Source of the DNA: Nanobdellota archaeon
GTDB lineage: Archaea > Nanobdellota > Nanobdellia > Pacearchaeales > GW2011-AR1
Assembly: GCA_030704765.1 (NCBI GenBank)
Contig: JAUYDD010000164.1
Coordinates: forward strand, 1 to 35,081
DNA length: 35,081 nt
Direction: 5' to 3'
This document shows, one piece after another, positions 9,834-19,561 of the stretch (positions are counted from its first letter, which is position 1; the number at the start of each line of letters is the position of its first letter). The notes beneath the pieces are model-generated. The model did not search any database, was not told where the DNA came from, and worked only from the letters and a program-made list of their open reading frames with translations. The position numbers were made by a program, and so were the translations under genes.

Positions 9834-10004
9834 ATCAAAAAAACAATGGGCCACCACACCCTAAAGGTTTTTTGCCACAGCTAAAAAATCGCCTGCTGGC
9901 GAGTGTGGTTTGATAGGCCCTTGTTTTTAGGATGCTCAAGAATTGAAAACTGTAACATTTGCTACGACCACATGATAAATCATGAGGTTTTCAATTCTCG
10001 ACAT
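9834..10004 (+). repeat. Bipartite nested palindromic element (unit A + ggatgctc + unit B), copy 1
   Basis: Outer stem aaaaacaa.gggcc/ggccc.ttgttttt around accacaccc-taaa-gg[35-nt insert]gtgtggt; then ggatgctc; then agaattgaaaac/gttttcaattct around accacatga-taaa-tcatgaggt; ends gacat. Confidence 0.8.
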
Positions 10005-10695
10005 AATAAATAGTCGGATCTTTAATACCTGCCCAGTAAAAACCCTCTTTCCTTAACATACAAGAAAGACAATAACCGCAAGGTTTATTTTTTATAGGAG
10101 CGTAACATGAAAATGTTTCTTTAAAATCAACACCTAATTTTTTTCCAAGCAAGATTATATCTTCTTTATCCTTGTTTATTAAAGGAGCATAGATTTTTCC
10201 ATTGATTATTGAAGCTATGGATTTTAATTTATTCATCTGTTTAATGAATTTTTTTGTTGAATCAGGATAGCTTTCTTTTCCTTCGCATTTGAATCCTACA
10301 AAAATATTATAATCTTGTTTATTCTTGATATTATAAGATTCTGCAAGAGCTATTGCATAAGCCAAAAATATAACATTTCTTTGAGGAACATAATATTTAT
10401 CAGACTCTTCTTTTGTATCTTTCAAATCCTTTCTTGATAATCTGTTCACTTTTTTTATTGAATTTATCAAAGATGTAGAAATTTTCCCTAATTCTCGCAA
10501 GTTTATTTCAATGAAATCTGCATTCAAATATTCAGAACATTTTCTTGATGCTTTTCTTTCAGACAAAACATTTCTCTGATTATAATTAAAAAATAGGATT
10601 AGTATATTATTATAATTGAGCCTATGCTTTACATAATAAGCAGTAGTTACACTATCTATACCTCCAGAACATAAAATAATTGCATTTTTTATCAT
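9991..10695 (-). CDS. queC: 7-cyano-7-deazaguanine synthase QueC
   Basis: SGGIDS PP-loop, YVPQRN, YPDS and SCY..CGYCLSC..R zinc site. Confidence 0.88.
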   Translation of the reverse strand: MIKNAIILCSGGIDSVTTAYYVKHRLNYNNILILFFNYNQRNVLSERKASRKCSEYLNADFIEINLRELGKISTSLINSIKKVNRLSRKDLKDTKEESDKYYVPQRNVIFLAYAIALAESYNIKNKQDYNIFVGFKCEGKESYPDSTKKFIKQMNKLKSIASIINGKIYAPLINKDKEDIILLGKKLGVDFKETFSCYAPIKNKPCGYCLSCMLRKEGFYWAGIKDPTIYYVEN

Positions 10696-10745
10696 TAAAA
10701 TTACAATATAATAAACTTTATAAGTATGCTTTTTATTTTTTATAA

Positions 10746-10940
10746 ATGAAAAAACAAGCTAAAGAGCTAAAAAAAGGTGATAAAATCATAATAGCTGAAC
10801 AAAAAGCTGTTATAAATGAAATAGAGATATCTGATATTGGAAAACAAGGGAAAAGAAAAGTGAGAATTGGAGCTATTACTGAAAAAAACGAGAAAGTAAT
10901 AATCATAAGGCCAGAAGACCATCCTTTTGAAGTAATGTGA
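10746..10940 (+). CDS. aIF5A/eIF5A N-terminal-domain-only protein
   Basis: ELKKGDKIII..I.EIEISDIGKQGKRKVRI.A resembles the aIF5A N-domain (SKPGKHGSAKARI). TATA box at 10717-10724. Confidence 0.7.
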   Translation: MKKQAKELKKGDKIIIAEQKAVINEIEISDIGKQGKRKVRIGAITEKNEKVIIIRPEDHPFEVM

Positions 10941-10988
10941 TTAATTGCATAAAAATGTTTTTATACCCTAAATTTAATATATTCCTAC

Positions 10989-11894
10989 ATGATTGACATT
11001 ATAATAACTTCTTTTAATGAACCAAAAGCAACACTTAGAGCTGTAGAGATATTTTTAAACCAGGATATAAAAGAGAAATTTAGGATAATAGTATGCGATC
11101 CTTTTCCTGAAGTAAAAGAATTATTTAAAAAAAATATAAAAGATAAAAGAGTTGGATTTTTCCTAGATCCTGGAGAAGGAAAAAGCTATGCTTTAAATCT
11201 TCTAATCGAAAAATTAAACACAAACAGTCAAGAGGATATATTTATATTTACAGATGGAGATGTCCATGTCTCTAATAATGCTTTAAAAGAAATAACTGAA
11301 GCTTTTAAAGATCCTAAAGTCGGATGTGCCACTGCAAAACCTGTTACAATAAATCCAAGAAACAATATGATGGGTTATTGGTCTCATCTGCTTTTTTCAG
11401 GAATTCATAAAGTTAGAAAAAATCTTTCTAATAAAGAAAGATTCTTTGAATGTTCTGGATATTTATTTGCTATAAGAAAAGGGGTCATATTTGAATTTCC
11501 ATTAGATGGTTCTGAAGATGGAATTATTCCTTATATTTTTTGGAAAAATGGATATAAAATAAAATATCTTCCTAGTTTAGAGGTTTATGTAAAAAATCCT
11601 GAGAACCTAAAAGATTGGAAAACCCAAAAAATAAGAAATATTAAAGGACATGAAAACTATTCCAAACTTTATCCAGATATGCCTAGGACAAAAAGCTTTT
11701 TGAATGAAATCAGATACGGACTATTTCATGCACTTTTTTATCCTAGAACTCCTAAAGAAGCATGGTGGACAATAAAGTTATTTTATCATAGATATTCCAT
11801 CTATAGTCAAGCATTCAAAGACTTGAAGAAAAAAGAAGTCTATACAGATGGTTGGAGAGAAAATGAAACTCCTACAACAAGGACCTTGGATTAA
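10989..11894 (+). CDS. Glycosyltransferase family 2
   Basis: IIITSFNE, GKSYALN, FTDGD (DxD), SGYLFAIR and SED motifs. Confidence 0.88.
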   Translation: MIDIIITSFNEPKATLRAVEIFLNQDIKEKFRIIVCDPFPEVKELFKKNIKDKRVGFFLDPGEGKSYALNLLIEKLNTNSQEDIFIFTDGDVHVSNNALKEITEAFKDPKVGCATAKPVTINPRNNMMGYWSHLLFSGIHKVRKNLSNKERFFECSGYLFAIRKGVIFEFPLDGSEDGIIPYIFWKNGYKIKYLPSLEVYVKNPENLKDWKTQKIRNIKGHENYSKLYPDMPRTKSFLNEIRYGLFHALFYPRTPKEAWWTIKLFYHRYSIYSQAFKDLKKKEVYTDGWRENETPTTRTLD

Positions 11895-11924
11895 GTATTT
11901 ATAATTGATTTTCTTCTGTAAAAG

Positions 11925-12503
11925 ATGAAAAAAAGATGGTTTAAAAAAATTTATCAGGTTCATGAAAAAACTCTTATATATAAAGATGCAAAAAATAAAA
12001 AATTAATAATTTGTTTTTCAGGGGTGCCTGCTTCAGGAAAGACTACTCTTGCTAAAATCCTTGAAAAAAGATACATGGGAATAAGATTAAATAAGGATGA
12101 TATTGGAAATATCATCCTAAAATTAAACTTAGTTAATGAAACAGATATCAAAGAGGGATTCTCTAGTGAATATATAATTCATCTTTTAAAAAATTATCCA
12201 TTAAAAAATAAATTAATAATTCTTGACAAGAGTATAGACAGGGATTATAAGACTCTATTTAATATTTTAAAAAAATATTCTTATCCTATTTTTCTTATCA
12301 GACTAAAAATATCAAGAGAAAAAATGATAAAAAGGATTAATAAAAGAAATAATGATAATCTAGAAGCCTGGATAAAAAAAGTTGATAAATGGTTCTTTGA
12401 TTTTATAGAAGCAAATAAGCACATAAAACCTGATTTTGTGTATAATAATAAAGATGATTTAAATGAATTGTTTTTTAAATTAGACAGAATCATTAAAAAC
12501 TAA
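11925..12503 (+). CDS. P-loop nucleotide/small-molecule kinase (AAA_33-like)
   Basis: Walker A GVPASGKTT, LIILD and RxxxR lid (RINKR). Confidence 0.78.
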   Translation: MKKRWFKKIYQVHEKTLIYKDAKNKKLIICFSGVPASGKTTLAKILEKRYMGIRLNKDDIGNIILKLNLVNETDIKEGFSSEYIIHLLKNYPLKNKLIILDKSIDRDYKTLFNILKKYSYPIFLIRLKISREKMIKRINKRNNDNLEAWIKKVDKWFFDFIEANKHIKPDFVYNNKDDLNELFFKLDRIIKN

Positions 12504-12766
12504 ATGCCCCATTTTTCTTTTATTTCAGAAAAACTGCCTGTATCTTTAAGATAATTTACTCCATTGTCTGCTAAATCATAAAAAAGTGCATTATCTATTT
12601 TTCTTTTCTCAATCAGACCTTCTTTTTCCATGTCTTTTAATAAATTTTTTAAATTAGGAAACGCAAAGTCATTTATTAATAAAAAATCCTTGATATCTTT
12701 TATATTTCTTTCTTCTCCAATTGATAAAAAATAAAGTATTCCTTCAACAATATCTTCTTCGTCCAT
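12500..12766 (-). CDS. Small winged-helix-like protein
   Basis: LKDMEKEGLIEK...YDLADNG wHTH-like pattern; 7 bp downstream of the NDT gene. Confidence 0.6.
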   Translation of the reverse strand: MDEEDIVEGILYFLSIGEERNIKDIKDFLLINDFAFPNLKNLLKDMEKEGLIEKRKIDNALFYDLADNGVNYLKDTGSFSEIKEKWGI

Positions 12767-12773
12767 AGTTGAA

Positions 12774-13193
12774 TTAAATTTTTCTTTTTAACTTGAATCT
12801 TTTCAATTTCTGCTCTAATTTTTCTAAGGAATCTACAAATTCCATAGAACTTATCAATATTGAACTTAAATAATCAAATGCTTCTTCTATTGATTCATCA
12901 GTCTTGATACCTATTGCAGGTATATTTTTTGCATAAGCATATCCTAATTCCCAAGAAGTACCTGCCCCTATATGAAGACCGTTTAAATCTGCTATTATTA
13001 AATCAATATCTCTAAAACCTTTTATTATATCTTCATTAAAGATTCTTTTTGCATCTTTAATATCTTTTGCTATGCCTACATCCCTATGAGGTAAAAAGGT
13101 CTTAAAACCTAGTTTTTCGCATAAATTTGCAATTTTTTCTAGAAATTCTTTTTCAGAATCATCTGATAGTTTTCCAGCAATATATACTTTCAT
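12774..13193 (-). CDS. Nucleoside 2-deoxyribosyltransferase / RCL-MilB-like N-glycosidase
   Basis: KVYIAG, FLPH, D..G..DIDLIIA and GTSWELGYAYA motifs. Confidence 0.85.
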   Translation of the reverse strand: MKVYIAGKLSDDSEKEFLEKIANLCEKLGFKTFLPHRDVGIAKDIKDAKRIFNEDIIKGFRDIDLIIADLNGLHIGAGTSWELGYAYAKNIPAIGIKTDESIEEAFDYLSSILISSMEFVDSLEKLEQKLKRFKLKRKI

Positions 13194-13240
13194 CTTAGTT
13201 TCACAAATCTTAAATACCTACCAAGGTTTTAAATTTAACT

Positions 13241-14608
13241 ATGGAGATACTTATAATAAAACTAGGAGCTAAAGGTGATGTTTTAAGAACACTTCCAGTA
13301 TTAATTGCATTAAAAAAAAAATATCCAGATTCAAATATAACTTGGATTACGAAAAGAGAATCAGAAGAAATAGTAAAAAATAGCCCTTTTGTAAAAAGGG
13401 TTATTATATCTCCATTTGTTCCAACAGAAGAATATGATCTGCTTTATAATTTTGATATAGAAGAAGAAGCAACAAAAATTGCAATGCATACTAAAGCAAA
13501 TAAAAAATATGGGTTTTATTCAGATAATGGTTATCTATCTTCATATAATCTTTCTTCTGAATATTACCTTAATACTATTTTTGATGATGAATTAAAGAAA
13601 AACAATAAAAAGACCTATCAAGAAATGATATTTGAATCTGCTGAAATTGATTATAAAAAACAGCATCATCCAATATTTCTTTCAGAAAGTGATAAAGAAC
13701 TAGGAAGAAACTTTCTTAAAAAAAATAATATTATAAACAAAGTTATAGGCATACATATGGGAGCTTCTTCTAGATGGCCTTCTAAAGTCTGGCATGAAGA
13801 AAAAGTGAAGGAATTCATAAAAAAATCTAAAGAGAATAATTATGAAATCGTACTTTTTGGAGGGCCGAATGAAATAGAAAAACATGATGGGCTAATAAAA
13901 AATCTAGAAAAAGAAAATATTTATGTTTATAGGAATAATCCTAATAATACTGATACAGAATTCGCATCACTTGTCAATATATGCGATTATATGGTTTGTT
14001 CAGATAGTTTTTCTTTACATGTCTCTATTGCATTAAAAAAATCCACAATCGGATTATTTTTTTGCACTCCTCCTAATGAAGTAGAAGATTATGGGATATT
14101 GAAAAAAATAAACTCTCCTTTACTTTATGAATTTTTTCCTGAAAAATGCGATCAATATTCAGAAGAATTAACAAAAACAATTTCTCCTGAAAAGGTTTTT
14201 TTATCAATTAAAGAATTTGAAAATGAAATCAGGGTTGTTAATGCAATTATAAAATATAATCAAAATATCCTTATAATAAAAAGAAAAGAAGGCATTCATA
14301 AAGGAAAATGGGCTTTTCCAGGCGGAATAACTGAAAGATATGAAACAACAGGAGAAGCTTTAGAAAGAGAACTAAAAGAAGAAGTAAACTTGAATTTAAA
14401 AAAAATAATAAAAAAGATATCAGAATTTGAATATCCAAGAGAGAATAATAAAATAACAAAAGGGGAGTGTTATTTAGTTGAAACAGAAGATATTTTAGTT
14501 AAAAAGAATGAGGAAATTGAAGATTTTAAATGGATTGGAATAAATGATATTGAAAAATTTAATCTAATAGAGGGTTTAGATGAGGAAATTTCAGATTGTT
14601 TTAAATAA
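13241..14608 (+). CDS. Fusion of glycosyltransferase family 9 (heptosyltransferase-like) and NUDIX hydrolase
   Basis: IIKLGAKGDVLRT, GASSRWPSKVW and DSFSLH motifs; C-terminal Nudix box GGITERYETTGEALERELKEE. Confidence 0.87.
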   Translation: MEILIIKLGAKGDVLRTLPVLIALKKKYPDSNITWITKRESEEIVKNSPFVKRVIISPFVPTEEYDLLYNFDIEEEATKIAMHTKANKKYGFYSDNGYLSSYNLSSEYYLNTIFDDELKKNNKKTYQEMIFESAEIDYKKQHHPIFLSESDKELGRNFLKKNNIINKVIGIHMGASSRWPSKVWHEEKVKEFIKKSKENNYEIVLFGGPNEIEKHDGLIKNLEKENIYVYRNNPNNTDTEFASLVNICDYMVCSDSFSLHVSIALKKSTIGLFFCTPPNEVEDYGILKKINSPLLYEFFPEKCDQYSEELTKTISPEKVFLSIKEFENEIRVVNAIIKYNQNILIIKRKEGIHKGKWAFPGGITERYETTGEALERELKEEVNLNLKKIIKKISEFEYPRENNKITKGECYLVETEDILVKKNEEIEDFKWIGINDIEKFNLIEGLDEEISDCFK

Positions 14609-14617
14609 ATAGAATGA

Positions 14618-16051
14618 TCATGTTTTAAAAAGATAATCTGAAAATTTCCTGATTGACTTTATAGTTTCTAATTTAGATCCAAAAATTATAGAATAAATTT
14701 TCCACTGAGACCATCCATATGAAACAAAATAGACAAAATCATATAGTTTATTCTTAGGAAATTTTATTAATTGTTTTATTATTGGATGAAAAATTGGAAA
14801 TTTTACAGCTATTATGCTAAGTTTATACAGGTTTTCTAACCTTCTTTTATCAAAATCACTATAATTTAAAACAGTGGTACTGAGATAACTGCTACCTAAT
14901 TTATCAAAATCTCCATCAAAATAATTGTTTTCTATTGAATAGGTTGAAAGCACAGTTCCAGGATAGGGTTGAAAAATTGAAAAACCTGGTAAGTCTGGTT
15001 TACATAAAGAATTTAGGCTTATTGTTTTAAAAGAATAATCTAAATCCTCTCCTGGAAGGCCTAGCATATTTTGAGAAGTTAGTTTTATACCTTTTTCTTT
15101 TATTATTTTACATGCATTAATTATCTGTTCATTAGACATATTTCTCTCAAGAATCTCTTTTCTTATTTTTTCATCTCCGGTTTCAATACCCATATAGACT
15201 AAGATGCAGTTAGCTGACTTTAATTTTTCAGCTACTTCATCTGTCATTAAGTCAGCCCTTATATTGCATATAAAGGGCAGATTTATCTCTTTTTTATATT
15301 TATCACAAAAATCAAATAACCAAGTTTTGTTCATATTGAATGTATCATCTACGAACTTCACAACACCTAATGGAAAATTTTCTTTAACATATTTTATTTC
15401 TTCTATAACATTATTTACACTCCTTTGCCTGACTAATTTACCTTTAACAGTTGAATATAATTGATTATACTGCCTATTGAAGCAATAAGTGCATTTAAAT
15501 GGACATCCTCTACTAGTAATAAATCTTTTTATCTTCAAGTCTTTTAATAAATTATCTTTTTTATAAATCATCTCTCTATCTGGAAAAGGAAGAGAATCTA
15601 AGTCATGTATTGGTTTTCTTAAACAATTTTTATAAATACGACTTCCTTTTTTGACCCAAAAATTTTTAGTTTTTTCATAATTTTTATCTTTTTTGTATCT
15701 TTTTATAAAATCTAAAAATGCCTCTTCCCCTTCTCCTCGGCATATAGCGTCTACTCCTTCTTCATTTATCATTTCTGGATAAAAAGTAGGATGAGGACCT
15801 CCAAATATAGAATAAACTTTAAGTTCTTTTTTTATTTTTTTGTTTAACTCTATATACTCTTTATGGTTTCCAGTTGTTATACTATAAGCCACTATATCTG
15901 GCTTTAATTCCTTTAATTTTTCAAAAACATTATCAGTCTTAAAACATACTAAATCCGTATCATGCCCTGATTTTTTTAATACTGATGATAAAATCATGAT
16001 ACCAAGAGGATCTGAGATAGTAATCATCTTTATTATAAACACTATTTTCAT
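14618..16051 (-). CDS. Cobalamin-binding radical SAM protein
   Basis: PLGIMILS, GGPHPTFYP, GEGE, SRGCPFKCTYC, DDTF, GIETG and PYPGT motifs. Confidence 0.92.
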   Translation of the reverse strand: MKIVFIIKMITISDPLGIMILSSVLKKSGHDTDLVCFKTDNVFEKLKELKPDIVAYSITTGNHKEYIELNKKIKKELKVYSIFGGPHPTFYPEMINEEGVDAICRGEGEEAFLDFIKRYKKDKNYEKTKNFWVKKGSRIYKNCLRKPIHDLDSLPFPDREMIYKKDNLLKDLKIKRFITSRGCPFKCTYCFNRQYNQLYSTVKGKLVRQRSVNNVIEEIKYVKENFPLGVVKFVDDTFNMNKTWLFDFCDKYKKEINLPFICNIRADLMTDEVAEKLKSANCILVYMGIETGDEKIRKEILERNMSNEQIINACKIIKEKGIKLTSQNMLGLPGEDLDYSFKTISLNSLCKPDLPGFSIFQPYPGTVLSTYSIENNYFDGDFDKLGSSYLSTTVLNYSDFDKRRLENLYKLSIIAVKFPIFHPIIKQLIKFPKNKLYDFVYFVSYGWSQWKIYSIIFGSKLETIKSIRKFSDYLFKT

Positions 16052-16138
16052 AAATAAAAAATAAAAAGATTGTTTAAAAATATATAGGTAAAATCATTCA
16101 ATAAAAACATATAAAAACCATTCATTGATTATAAATTA

Positions 16139-17830
16139 ATGGAAGAGTCGAAAGGGGAAATTGAAAAAAGAAAATTAAAGTTAAAGGAAAAATTATTCTC
16201 TTGGATGCAAGATAATTATGACAGAGTTTTTTTATTAGTACTGATAGCTGCTTTTTTTATAAGGCTGTGGATATTTTATGGAACTATAGACCAACCGTTA
16301 TGGTATGATGGGGCAAGTTATATGGGTGCTGCAAGAAAATGGGGACTTGGGCTTCAAATATCTGATATTTGGTATTATAGAAGAGGTTTTTTATTTCCAT
16401 TATTAGGGGCTTTAATTTTTAAATTAGGCCTTGGAGAAACTGGAATGAGATTTTTAATATTATTATTATCAACTGGAATAGTAGGCATATCTTACTTTAT
16501 AATAAAAGATATGTTTGATAAAGAGAAAGCATTAATGGTTACAATCGGGCTTACTTTTTCTTGGGTAATATTATTCTTTACAGGCAGGATTTTAACAGAT
16601 ATTCCAGCTGCATTTCTTGTACTTACTTCTTTATTCTTTTTTTATAAGGGTTATGTATTAGACAAAGGGAAAAAGTACCTTTATTTATTTGCAATTTTCT
16701 TTGCTATTGCGTGTTTAACAAGGATGCAAACCCTGATGTTTGCACCTGCCTTTTTTATATATGTAATATTAAAAGAAAAAACAAAAATAATCAAAAATAA
16801 AAATTTGTGGATAACCGCACTTATATTTTTCATACTCCTTATACCTAATTTCGTTGTATATTACCAGCATTATGGTAATCCATTTACAGACATTCTCTCG
16901 CATTATTTTGGTGTTTCAGGAGTATCTAAGACTAGTGATGTAGCTGACAGGACAACAGCAACATTATTTAATTATATAAAAGAGCTCCCATATATTTTAG
17001 ATGGAAATAGCACTCCTAAAGCTACAAAGCCCTTATTCATGATTTTTTTAATAGGATTTGTGTTGTTTTTCTATGATCTATTATTAGGCATAGATAAACT
17101 ATCTAAAAACGAATCTTTACAAAAAAAGTTTTTTATTTTAAGCTGGATATTAATACCATTTCTAATTTTAGGCTATATCACTGAATATCCAGAGCATAGA
17201 TATATAACTGCTTGTCTTCCTTTCTTATTCTTGATAATCAGTTATCCTATAATAGAAATTAGGAAATATATGCAAAAATTAGGGGCAAATAAAGGAATAG
17301 CATTATTCCTTATTTTTTCTATTTTTATTGGACTTATGATATTTAATTATAATTGGTCTACTTCTTTGATAAATAACAAAAGGAATTCCTATATTGAAAT
17401 AAAAGAAACTGGATTATGGCTAAAATCTAACTCGAATCCTAAAGATGTCATATTTTCAGCATCAATGCCACAAATACAATATTATTCTGACAGAACAACC
17501 AACTATTATCTTTTTAATAAAACTGAATTTGAAAAAAATCTTACTGATATTAAACCAAGATATATAATGCTGTCTATATTTGAAGCTCATCCTGATTGGC
17601 TTTTTACAAAAGGAAATCTTCCAGATGGCTCTGGATATATGAACTCACCTTTTTTCAACATGACTATAGTATACAATACACAAGGTCAGATATTGAATTT
17701 AGACATAAAGGAAGAAGTAATAGTAAACAACATAACATACAGATTTGTTTATCCAAAAGATAGGATGAATGGAGTATTTGTATACGAAGCTGAATATCCT
17801 TATCAGAAACCTTTGAATTTTGCAATATAA
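16139..17830 (+). CDS. Polytopic GT-C (ArnT/PMT/GT39-like) lipid-phosphate-sugar glycosyltransferase
   Basis: LWYDGASY loop after TM1, ILTDIP, many TM helices, E.RY and a soluble C-terminal domain. Confidence 0.8.
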   Translation: MEESKGEIEKRKLKLKEKLFSWMQDNYDRVFLLVLIAAFFIRLWIFYGTIDQPLWYDGASYMGAARKWGLGLQISDIWYYRRGFLFPLLGALIFKLGLGETGMRFLILLLSTGIVGISYFIIKDMFDKEKALMVTIGLTFSWVILFFTGRILTDIPAAFLVLTSLFFFYKGYVLDKGKKYLYLFAIFFAIACLTRMQTLMFAPAFFIYVILKEKTKIIKNKNLWITALIFFILLIPNFVVYYQHYGNPFTDILSHYFGVSGVSKTSDVADRTTATLFNYIKELPYILDGNSTPKATKPLFMIFLIGFVLFFYDLLLGIDKLSKNESLQKKFFILSWILIPFLILGYITEYPEHRYITACLPFLFLIISYPIIEIRKYMQKLGANKGIALFLIFSIFIGLMIFNYNWSTSLINNKRNSYIEIKETGLWLKSNSNPKDVIFSASMPQIQYYSDRTTNYYLFNKTEFEKNLTDIKPRYIMLSIFEAHPDWLFTKGNLPDGSGYMNSPFFNMTIVYNTQGQILNLDIKEEVIVNNITYRFVYPKDRMNGVFVYEAEYPYQKPLNFAI

Positions 17831-18330
17831 CTTACAGTTAAAAAATTTATTTTTTTATCTTCTCTTAATTCAGACCTTAAAATTGATAATATCCCTTTTA
17901 TAGGCGTTATGTGGTCTTTTACTCTTTCGGATTTTCCAAGAAGTTTTCTAGCTTTTCTAGATAAATAATTTTCAGTAGGAATCGAGGTAATAAGTTCAAA
18001 ATTCGGATTCATTTTCTTAAAATTTTTTAATATACTTATAATATCCTCTTTTGGTATATGTTCGAAAACATCTAAAGCAAATATCTTTGTTGGATTAATT
18101 TTAGTATAATCAGTTATATCGCTGTGTTCTGGTGTAATATCAAAACCTATAACATTATAACCCTGCTCTTTTAATTTATTTTTTAACCATCCTGCTCCAC
18201 AACCAAAATCCAGTATAAAATCTTGTTTATTTAAATCAGCTAATTTAATTGCAAAATTAACTTTTGCTTTAGAATATCCCCTTATAATTGGATTTTTATT
18301 CAAATATGTAGCTTTAAGTTCATCTACCAT
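17803..18330 (-). CDS. Class I SAM-dependent methyltransferase
   Basis: ILDFGCGAG, GFDI and ALDVFEHI motifs; last gene of the coupled minus-strand run. Confidence 0.82.
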   Translation of the reverse strand: MVDELKATYLNKNPIIRGYSKAKVNFAIKLADLNKQDFILDFGCGAGWLKNKLKEQGYNVIGFDITPEHSDITDYTKINPTKIFALDVFEHIPKEDIISILKNFKKMNPNFELITSIPTENYLSRKARKLLGKSERVKDHITPIKGILSILRSELREDKKINFLTVSYIAKFKGF

Positions 18331-18331
18331 A

Positions 18332-19561
18332 TTAATCTTCTCTTATATATTTTCCAAATCTTTTATTTTGCATCTTAATATTACCTAAGTCCCCATCTAC
18401 CTCTATTAGACTAGGAAGTATCTGATAACAATACATACACATCAAGCAATCCTTATCTCCAATTGTTTTTAATTTTATAGGACAATACGCTTTCAAACAA
18501 TTATCTATTTTTTGTATTTCTTCTTTTGATAAATTTTCTTTAACTTTCATATTTTTTATATTCATATCTTCTAAGATATATTTATCTTGTTTTACTCTTA
18601 ATTTGAAAAGTAGCCAAGGTAAAAATCCTTTATTAAAGAATTTTTCAAAGGTATTTGAAAACCTGATACCAATAAAGAAATTATTCAATAATATCCTATC
18701 TAATAAAGTTTTGTTTCCTTTTTTGAATTTTGCAATTCTTTCTACCTTGCTTAAAACCTCTATATCTTTAGAAGTCAAATAACCTTTTTCAATAGCTATA
18801 TTTAGATAGGGTAATTTTTTATAATCAAGTCCCATTAGTTTAGAACATAAAAAATCAGTTATAAATGGGTCATGACCCGAGATTATAACTCCTACTTTCT
18901 TTGGAATCCCATCGCCAGGGCCTCTTCCTTCCATACCTATAAGACCGTCAACAATGATAAGGTCGGTTTTTATTATATTTGCTATAGAAACTATGTTTAA
19001 TGGAAGATTGTCATGAATTTTTCTTTTTTCTGTTCCTTTAAAACATCCTATGTAATTTTTACATGCTATTGTAATTTTTGCTTCAACATGGGTTTTTAGC
19101 TTAGGTAAATTTATAATAAAATCCGATTCTAAACATATTTTAGCTATTTCTACTTTTCCAGTTGATAAATCAACTAGTTTTCCAGGTTCAAAATTAAGAT
19201 TTATTAGTTTTACATTAAACATTTTAGCTATACTTGTTATACATAATCTTGAAAATACATCTATTCCTATATGATTTATACCGCAATTCGGACCGTCTGC
19301 GATAGTTATATTCTTATATCCTCTTTTTTTCAAAGACTTTAATACTCCTACGAGTATTCTTAAATCTGTTGAGTTTCCTGTCATTGAATTTAGATCGTTA
19401 TTAAAATTAGGTTTTAATAGTATTTTAGAATTCTTTTTTTTAGGAAAAATCTTAGAATTATCCTTAAATATAGTCTCTACATCCTTTTCTATCTCTGTTA
19501 CATCTTTAGACCTATATAAAGAAATAGCATCTTTCTCAAAAATAAATTTATTTTCTATCAT
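18332..19561 (-). CDS. DUF362 family protein with C-terminal cysteine cluster
   Basis: LLKPNF, INLPKLKTH..T.ACKN, VDGLIGMEG.GP; C-terminal C..CP..CLMCMYC. Confidence 0.85.
   Translation of the reverse strand: MIENKFIFEKDAISLYRSKDVTEIEKDVETIFKDNSKIFPKKKNSKILLKPNFNNDLNSMTGNSTDLRILVGVLKSLKKRGYKNITIADGPNCGINHIGIDVFSRLCITSIAKMFNVKLINLNFEPGKLVDLSTGKVEIAKICLESDFIINLPKLKTHVEAKITIACKNYIGCFKGTEKRKIHDNLPLNIVSIANIIKTDLIIVDGLIGMEGRGPGDGIPKKVGVIISGHDPFITDFLCSKLMGLDYKKLPYLNIAIEKGYLTSKDIEVLSKVERIAKFKKGNKTLLDRILLNNFFIGIRFSNTFEKFFNKGFLPWLLFKLRVKQDKYILEDMNIKNMKVKENLSKEEIQKIDNCLKAYCPIKLKTIGDKDCLMCMYCYQILPSLIEVDGDLGNIKMQNKRFGKYIRED

Noticed and set aside
9820..9990. tRNA or simple intrinsic terminator in the GC-richer intergenic patches
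   Set aside because: No cloverleaf or T-loop consensus is present. The nested architecture shared with 27140-27268 and 34774-34954 fits a repeat family better, although terminator activity is not excluded.
17803..17830. 28-bp convergent overlap between the GT-C and methyltransferase genes
   Set aside because: Short tail-to-tail overlaps are common in compact genomes; nothing else suggests a special function.
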